NCBI GenBank assembly: GCA_964510945.1
Contig: CAZEED010000001.1
Span: 98,774 to 162,773 of the forward strand
Reading direction: 5' to 3'
Source of the DNA: an uncultured Candidatus Saccharibacteria bacterium
GTDB taxonomy: Bacteria; Patescibacteriota; Saccharimonadia; Saccharimonadales; JAGQNJ01
DNA: 64,000 nt
Shown here: positions 59,918 through 64,000 of the stretch, piece after piece
Layout of the letters: every line of letters begins with the position of its first letter
Position numbering within the stretch: position 1 is the stretch's first letter
Position numbers and translations under genes: made by a program
Notes under the pieces: generated by a model
Databases searched by the model: none
What the model saw: only the letters and a program-made list of their open reading frames with translations
Told to the model about the DNA's origin: nothing

Positions 59918-60765
59918 CGCAACCTCTAGTAAATCCTCGCACCAAAAATCAAGTTGATGATTTTATTAAAAATCCGTCACACGCTCTAATTATTTCTGGT
60001 CCTGACGGCTCAGGAAAAAATCAATTAACTGAATATATTTCACTGTCTATCCTCGAAACGTCTGATATAAATACTTATCCGTACTTACACAAAATCATGC
60101 CAATTGATAACAAACTTGGTATAGAACAAGTTAGAGAACTGCAAGAACTAACTAAACTTAAAATCCCTAGCAATAAAAGAATCTCTAGAATTGTAATAAT
60201 TGAAAAAGCAGATATTTTGGGTGACGAAGCCCAAAATGCACTGCTAAAAACATTAGAAGAGCCTCCAAAAGACACAATACTAATCTTAATTGTTAATGAT
60301 CAAAATAATCTACTGGGTACTGTAAGCTCAAGAGCAGTAACAATAGAGCTTTTACCTCCCACCAAAGATCAACTTTTAAAGCACTTTACTAATAAAGGTT
60401 TCGACAATACACAGGTTGAACGAGCGATCTTACTGGGATCTAACAGGCCGGAAATCATTAGCGACATACTAGAAAAGAATGAATCTAAATTCGAGAAATC
60501 AATATCTAAAGCAAAAGATATTCTGTCAAACAGTGAGTTTGATAGATTAGTTAAAATTAACGAACTGTCAAAAGACAAACAAGTTTCATCCGAGATTATA
60601 GATTCGCTAATACTAATTGCCCGATCAGCGATGAAGTCAGCAGCAAAACCGGAGCAAGTTAAACGCTGGCATAAGATACTTAAAAATGCTGATAAGGCAA
60701 AACAAATGATGGCCAAAAATGGCAATACCAAAATTATACTAACTGACTTGTTCTTGAACCTATAG
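59914..60765 (+). CDS. holB: DNA polymerase III delta' subunit
   Basis: AAA+-like P-loop GPDGSGK. LKTLEEPP and SRA(V)T sensor motifs typical of delta'. Confidence 0.7.
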   Translation: MTQPLVNPRTKNQVDDFIKNPSHALIISGPDGSGKNQLTEYISLSILETSDINTYPYLHKIMPIDNKLGIEQVRELQELTKLKIPSNKRISRIVIIEKADILGDEAQNALLKTLEEPPKDTILILIVNDQNNLLGTVSSRAVTIELLPPTKDQLLKHFTNKGFDNTQVERAILLGSNRPEIISDILEKNESKFEKSISKAKDILSNSEFDRLVKINELSKDKQVSSEIIDSLILIARSAMKSAAKPEQVKRWHKILKNADKAKQMMAKNGNTKIILTDLFLNL

Positions 60766-60780
60766 TATAATCATGTACAG

Positions 60781-61437
60781 ATGTTAGAACTATTATTTGT
60801 TATAGGATTTGGAGTTATCGCTTATCGGAGCGCTACAATTCGAGACGAGGATTTATCACCACTTCCGCGAAAACTTAGCGACAAACTAGGTCAATTATGG
60901 GGCATAGCCCACCAAGGGATGAAAGATAATAGCCTAATTCGGGCAGAAAAAGCCTTATTGACTATCCTTAAAATTGATAAAAAGAACGCTGCTGCCTATA
61001 ACCGTCTAGGAATCTTGTATGCAAAACAAAAAGAATACAAAGACGCCATAGATTGTTTTGAAATTGCTTCGAGCATCGAAGTTAGCCCGTCTAGTTTGCA
61101 CAACCTAGGTTTGATTTATTACGAAACAGAAAATTATGAAAAAGCCGCGACTGCGTTTGAGCAAGCTTTAAAACTTGAAGATAATCTTGCGGCAAGACAC
61201 GTAGCATACGCAAAAGTCCAAGAAAAATTAGGCAATAATAAACTCATGTTTGCAGAGCTAGAAAAGGCCGTAGAATTAGAGCCTACAAAAGAATCATTAA
61301 AATATCTTCATCAGGCTTATGAAAATAACGATATGCACGAACAAGCAAAAAGTATTCGTCGAAGACTAGACCGCGCGACCGTATCAAAAACAAAACCAAA
61401 AAAGCTTATTCGTCCAAAACGCAGAGTTGTTATTTAA
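60781..61437 (+). CDS. TPR-repeat protein with N-terminal TM anchor
   Basis: N-terminal hydrophobic helix followed by 3-4 TPR-like repeats. Confidence 0.6.
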   Translation: MLELLFVIGFGVIAYRSATIRDEDLSPLPRKLSDKLGQLWGIAHQGMKDNSLIRAEKALLTILKIDKKNAAAYNRLGILYAKQKEYKDAIDCFEIASSIEVSPSSLHNLGLIYYETENYEKAATAFEQALKLEDNLAARHVAYAKVQEKLGNNKLMFAELEKAVELEPTKESLKYLHQAYENNDMHEQAKSIRRRLDRATVSKTKPKKLIRPKRRVVI

Positions 61438-61611
61438 CCCCTGTTCTGATAAAATTTACAGGTACTTTTCGCTGTTTTAACCTAGCTTTTCAACCTAACG
61501 ATTCGATTTATTCGGCTCGAGCGATTGAAAGGCTAAGAAAAAGAAGCGACTAGAGATTGAAGGCAAATATTCGTAGAATGTTAGCGGAAAGTCGACCGTC
61601 GGTTCTGACGA

Positions 61612-61688
61612 GCCGCCTTAGCTCAGTTGGTTAGAGCGACGGTTTTGTAAACCGTAGGTCGTCGGTTCGAATCCGACAGGCGGCTCCA
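61612..61688 (+). tRNA. tRNA-Thr (anticodon TGT), encoded CCA
   Basis: Acceptor gccgcct/aggcggc. Anticodon loop tttgtaa. T-arm ggttcgaatcc. Confidence 0.9.
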
Positions 61689-61803
61689 AAAGAGACGTAT
61701 GCAACTTTATGTTACAGGCGGCTCCACAGAAAACTTCTACTAGTTTACTGGAGAGAAGTTTTCGAGGAAGCAACTGCAGCCCGAAGGGCTACAGGCGGCT
61801 CCA
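61676..61803 (+). repeat. Three direct copies of the 13-nt tRNA-Thr 3' end (ACAGGCGGCTCCA) at 61676, 61714 and 61791
   Basis: Exact 13-mer ×3. Spacers of 25 and 64 nt contain small hairpins. Confidence 0.6.
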
Positions 61804-61918
61804 TCCTTCGTCGCTGAAGCTATGAAGGATAAACATATAGAATGCCATGCGAGAGCATTCTAGAACATTTGAGGTGAGTTCAGAGAAGTGTTGACGACCC
61901 GAAACTCGGGTCGTTTAC

Positions 61919-62004
61919 GCAGGGTTAGTGAAGCGGTCAAACACGGCAGACTGTAAATCTGCTGGCTTATGCCTTCGTAGGTTCGAATCCTACACCCTGC
62001 ACCA
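61919..62004 (+). tRNA. tRNA-Tyr (anticodon GTA), long variable arm, encoded CCA
   Basis: Acceptor gcagggt/accctgc. Anticodon loop ctgtaaa. Long extra arm. Confidence 0.9.
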
Positions 62005-62011
62005 ACTATAG

Positions 62012-62037
62012 AATCCCGCATTTGTGGGATTTTTTAG
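62012..62037 (+). terminator. Terminator-like hairpin (atcccgca/tgtgggat) + T6 after tRNA-Tyr
   Basis: 8-bp stem with one G-T pair, then TTTTTT. Confidence 0.5.
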
Positions 62038-62143
62038 TTGGTCCTGATTAATAAATTCGAACCGACAGGCGAGAACAGTCGGGGACTGTTTGAGTTATAA
62101 ATATTTATAGCGAGATGCTTTAGCTCTCGAGCGGATAAATCAA

Positions 62144-62166
62144 TTCGAGTCCTACACCCTGCACCA
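62144..62166 (+). repeat. Duplicate of the tRNA-Tyr 3' end (22/23 nt) 140 nt downstream of the gene
   Basis: ttcgagtcctacaccctgcacca versus ttcgaatcctacaccctgcacca. A partial tRNA-Thr-like 3' fragment also lies at 62045-62060. Confidence 0.6.
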
Positions 62167-62220
62167 ATTCTGTAAAGTATTAAGGACGTCAGAACCGCGT
62201 CCTTTTGTTATAGTAGAGTC

Positions 62221-62379
62221 ATGAATTGTCCTAAATGCAACAAACCGATGCTCAAAGTTCGCTCAGAAATTACCAACAACCTCAAATCAGGTAAAGACTT
62301 TAAGGAGTACAATAAGTTCACATATGAATGTAAAACTGATGACATCTGGGTAACTACTGAGACTCCTGTATCAAAATAG
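62221..62379 (+). CDS. Hypothetical 52-aa protein with CPKC motif
   Basis: MNCPKCNKPM..YECKTDD. Only 3 Cys. Below the track cutoff. Confidence 0.3.
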   Translation: MNCPKCNKPMLKVRSEITNNLKSGKDFKEYNKFTYECKTDDIWVTTETPVSK

Positions 62380-62429
62380 ATCGTTATAATTGCTCAAAAG
62401 TTGCTAGAACCATAGCAAAACATAGTAAG

Positions 62430-62795
62430 ATGAAGTATGTAATGGTTGTTTCAGAAGTTGTTATTCATCACAAAGCACGATTTAATGTTGCTGTGCCAAT
62501 TACAACTGACGTAACAGGTGAATGTCTAGATATTGTTCAGGCATATTCAGATTCAATTCCCTCATTGGGAATACCTACATTAGAACATGTGATTCCTGGA
62601 CTAGTAGAAGTAGCATTAGTATCGTGGGAAGAAGCTAGATATAGCAAGAAAGTAATAGATTCATGGGTAAAAATTGGCGCGGGTAGGATATCGTTATCTG
62701 AACTATTCTATTGCCAACCCATACCTCATGATCCAAAAATTACGTATAATAGGGATGAACACTTCAAGCAATTAGAACTAGGTTTGCCAACATAG
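62430..62795 (+). CDS. Hypothetical protein (121 aa)
   Basis: ORF in the tRNA island. No recognisable motifs. Confidence 0.4.
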   Translation: MKYVMVVSEVVIHHKARFNVAVPITTDVTGECLDIVQAYSDSIPSLGIPTLEHVIPGLVEVALVSWEEARYSKKVIDSWVKIGAGRISLSELFYCQPIPHDPKITYNRDEHFKQLELGLPT

Positions 62796-62859
62796 CCCCG
62801 CCTGTCTGGTCAGAGGTAAAACATCCATACATATCGATTTTAAGTGGTACAATCAATAC

Positions 62860-63060
62860 ATGGAAAGAATTTCGATCCAAAAAACACCAATTGAAACAAA
62901 GTCCGATGGAGATCACGATACTTTATGGCTCGTAGAACCTAGCGAACAAGCTATAGTGGCTTTCGAAAGAAGAGAAGCCGAGATAATCATGGCAGAAACA
63001 CCTGACCCAGTCTTTGATGCAGATCACTGCATTGGAAGCCTGGTGCTAATGCCGACATAG
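62860..63060 (+). CDS. Hypothetical acidic 66-aa ORF whose stop overlaps tRNA-Thr(GGT)
   Basis: ORF only. Overlaps the tRNA 5' end by 10 nt. Confidence 0.25.
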   Translation: MERISIQKTPIETKSDGDHDTLWLVEPSEQAIVAFERREAEIIMAETPDPVFDADHCIGSLVLMPT

Positions 63061-63125
63061 CTCAGGGGTAGAGCGCATCCATGGTAAGGATGAGGTCCTG
63101 GGTTCAAATCCCAGTGTCGGCTCCA
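63051..63125 (+). tRNA. tRNA-Thr (anticodon GGT), encoded CCA
   Basis: Acceptor gccgaca/tgtcggc. Anticodon loop atggtaa. T-arm ggttcaaatcc. Confidence 0.9.
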
Positions 63126-63171
63126 AAATTTATACTTGAATATATCAATCTAATCTGTTAATCTATACTTC

Positions 63172-63378
63172 ATGGCTAAAAAAACAGGTAAACGAAAAAC
63201 TATTGGACTTGTGAGCGAACTCTCAGGTCATCGTCATTATTACACCAACAAGAATCAACAAAATACTCCGGACAAATTAAGCATCAAAAAATACGATCCA
63301 GTAGCCCGAAAACACGCACTTTATACAGAGACAAAGAAGAGTTTGGGCCGCAACGAAGTCAAACCTCGTAAAAAATAG
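63172..63378 (+). CDS. rpmG: 50S ribosomal protein L33, Cys-less form, with short basic C-terminal extension
   Basis: YYTNKNQQNTPDKLSIKKYDPVARKH matches the L33 core. No CxxC pairs. Confidence 0.82.
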   Translation: MAKKTGKRKTIGLVSELSGHRHYYTNKNQQNTPDKLSIKKYDPVARKHALYTETKKSLGRNEVKPRKK

Positions 63379-63558
63379 TTATCCACACCCCCTCTATTGA
63401 CATTCAGTTTACGTCATGTAAGCTGGTCTTTGTGTCTTTTGTCAGTGAGAGTGGAACGCTGTATTAAAAAGCCCTGGACACACAAACATTAATTAGAAAC
63501 ATATTTCTAAAACAAAAATAACCTAAAAACAAAAGGGCAACAATTAAGAGGAGGTGTT

Positions 63559-64000
63559 ATGCGAAAACTCGCACTACTAGCGATGCTAGTATTGGGTGTA
63601 CTTTTTATTAGTACTACCACAGGATCAGCACATGCTGAAACAATTAAAAAAGTAAGCAAAAGTAAACAGAAAATCGTAACAGTACAAAGTGGTGACTCAT
63701 TAGTAAAAATTGCTAATAAGCACAAAACTACCTATAAACGCATTTTTGATGCGAACAAAAAAATAGAGAGTCCAGACTTGATCTTTCCAGGTCAAAAACT
63801 AAGGATTCCCAAGAAAAGTGAGAAGCTAAGGTCTAGAACAGTAGCACAAGTAGTCTCTGCGCCAGTGACGAGAACTCAACCAGTTGCTGTGGCAGCACCG
63901 CAACCCGCTCCTGCACCAGCCAACTACGCTACAGGCGACAGTGTTTGGGATCAGATTGCTGCATGCGAATCAGGCGGTAATTGGGCCATCAATACCGGCA
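63559..64000 (+). CDS. Secreted LysM-domain protein with C-terminal Rpf/transglycosylase-like domain (partial, runs off the window)
   Basis: Signal peptide. LysM (VTVQSGDSLVKIANKH..IFPGQKLRIP). Pro/Ala linker. Rpf-like CESGGNWAINTG. RBS AAGAGGAGG. Confidence 0.7.
   Translation, partial: MRKLALLAMLVLGVLFISTTTGSAHAETIKKVSKSKQKIVTVQSGDSLVKIANKHKTTYKRIFDANKKIESPDLIFPGQKLRIPKKSEKLRSRTVAQVVSAPVTRTQPVAVAAPQPAPAPANYATGDSVWDQIAACESGGNWAINTG

Noticed and set aside
61676-61803. Possible CRISPR array (three direct repeats)
   Set aside because: Repeats are only 13 nt, identical to a tRNA 3' end, with unequal 25/64-nt spacers and no cas genes. Better explained as att-site remnants.

Overview
Low-GC (~38%), gene-dense window that looks like a small-genome bacterium, probably Candidate Phyla Radiation / Saccharibacteria-like (inference from: ribosomal-protein extensions; no L30; Cys-less L36 and L33; long-form S14; TGA used as stop). 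Content in order: pepN, nusA, clpC, a membrane coiled-coil protein, radA, a class A PBP (minus), a SAM methyltransferase, recG, rsmD, tRNA-Leu, hisS, tig, clpP, two unknown proteins flanked by a diverged copy of the clpP 3' end, then rpoB-rpoC-rpsL-rpsG-fusA. Three tandem minus-strand paralogs of an unknown secreted/anchored protein family sit between fusA and tuf. Then tuf, rpsJ, and the S10/spc/alpha ribosomal cluster through rpoA-rplQ-rplM-rpsI (no rpmD, adk or map). After rpsI comes a ~700 nt noncoding stretch holding a structured RNA-like element. A second, truncated copy of that element lies between rpsJ and rplC. Next is a GC-richer cassette (TrpD-family/HAD phosphatase fusion, AstE/AspA-family amidohydrolase, IU-nucleoside hydrolase), then trpS, an RluA-family synthase, holB, a TPR protein, and a tRNA cluster (Thr-Tyr-Thr) full of tRNA 3'-end remnants, rpmG, and a partial LysM/Rpf-like gene at the window edge. 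CIRCE-like operators precede clpC and clpP. The candidates for an undescribed system are the fusA/tuf-inserted paralog trio (possible homopolymer phase switch) and the GC-atypical ribosyl-transfer/hydrolase cassette; the paired structured RNA-like elements are also unusual.
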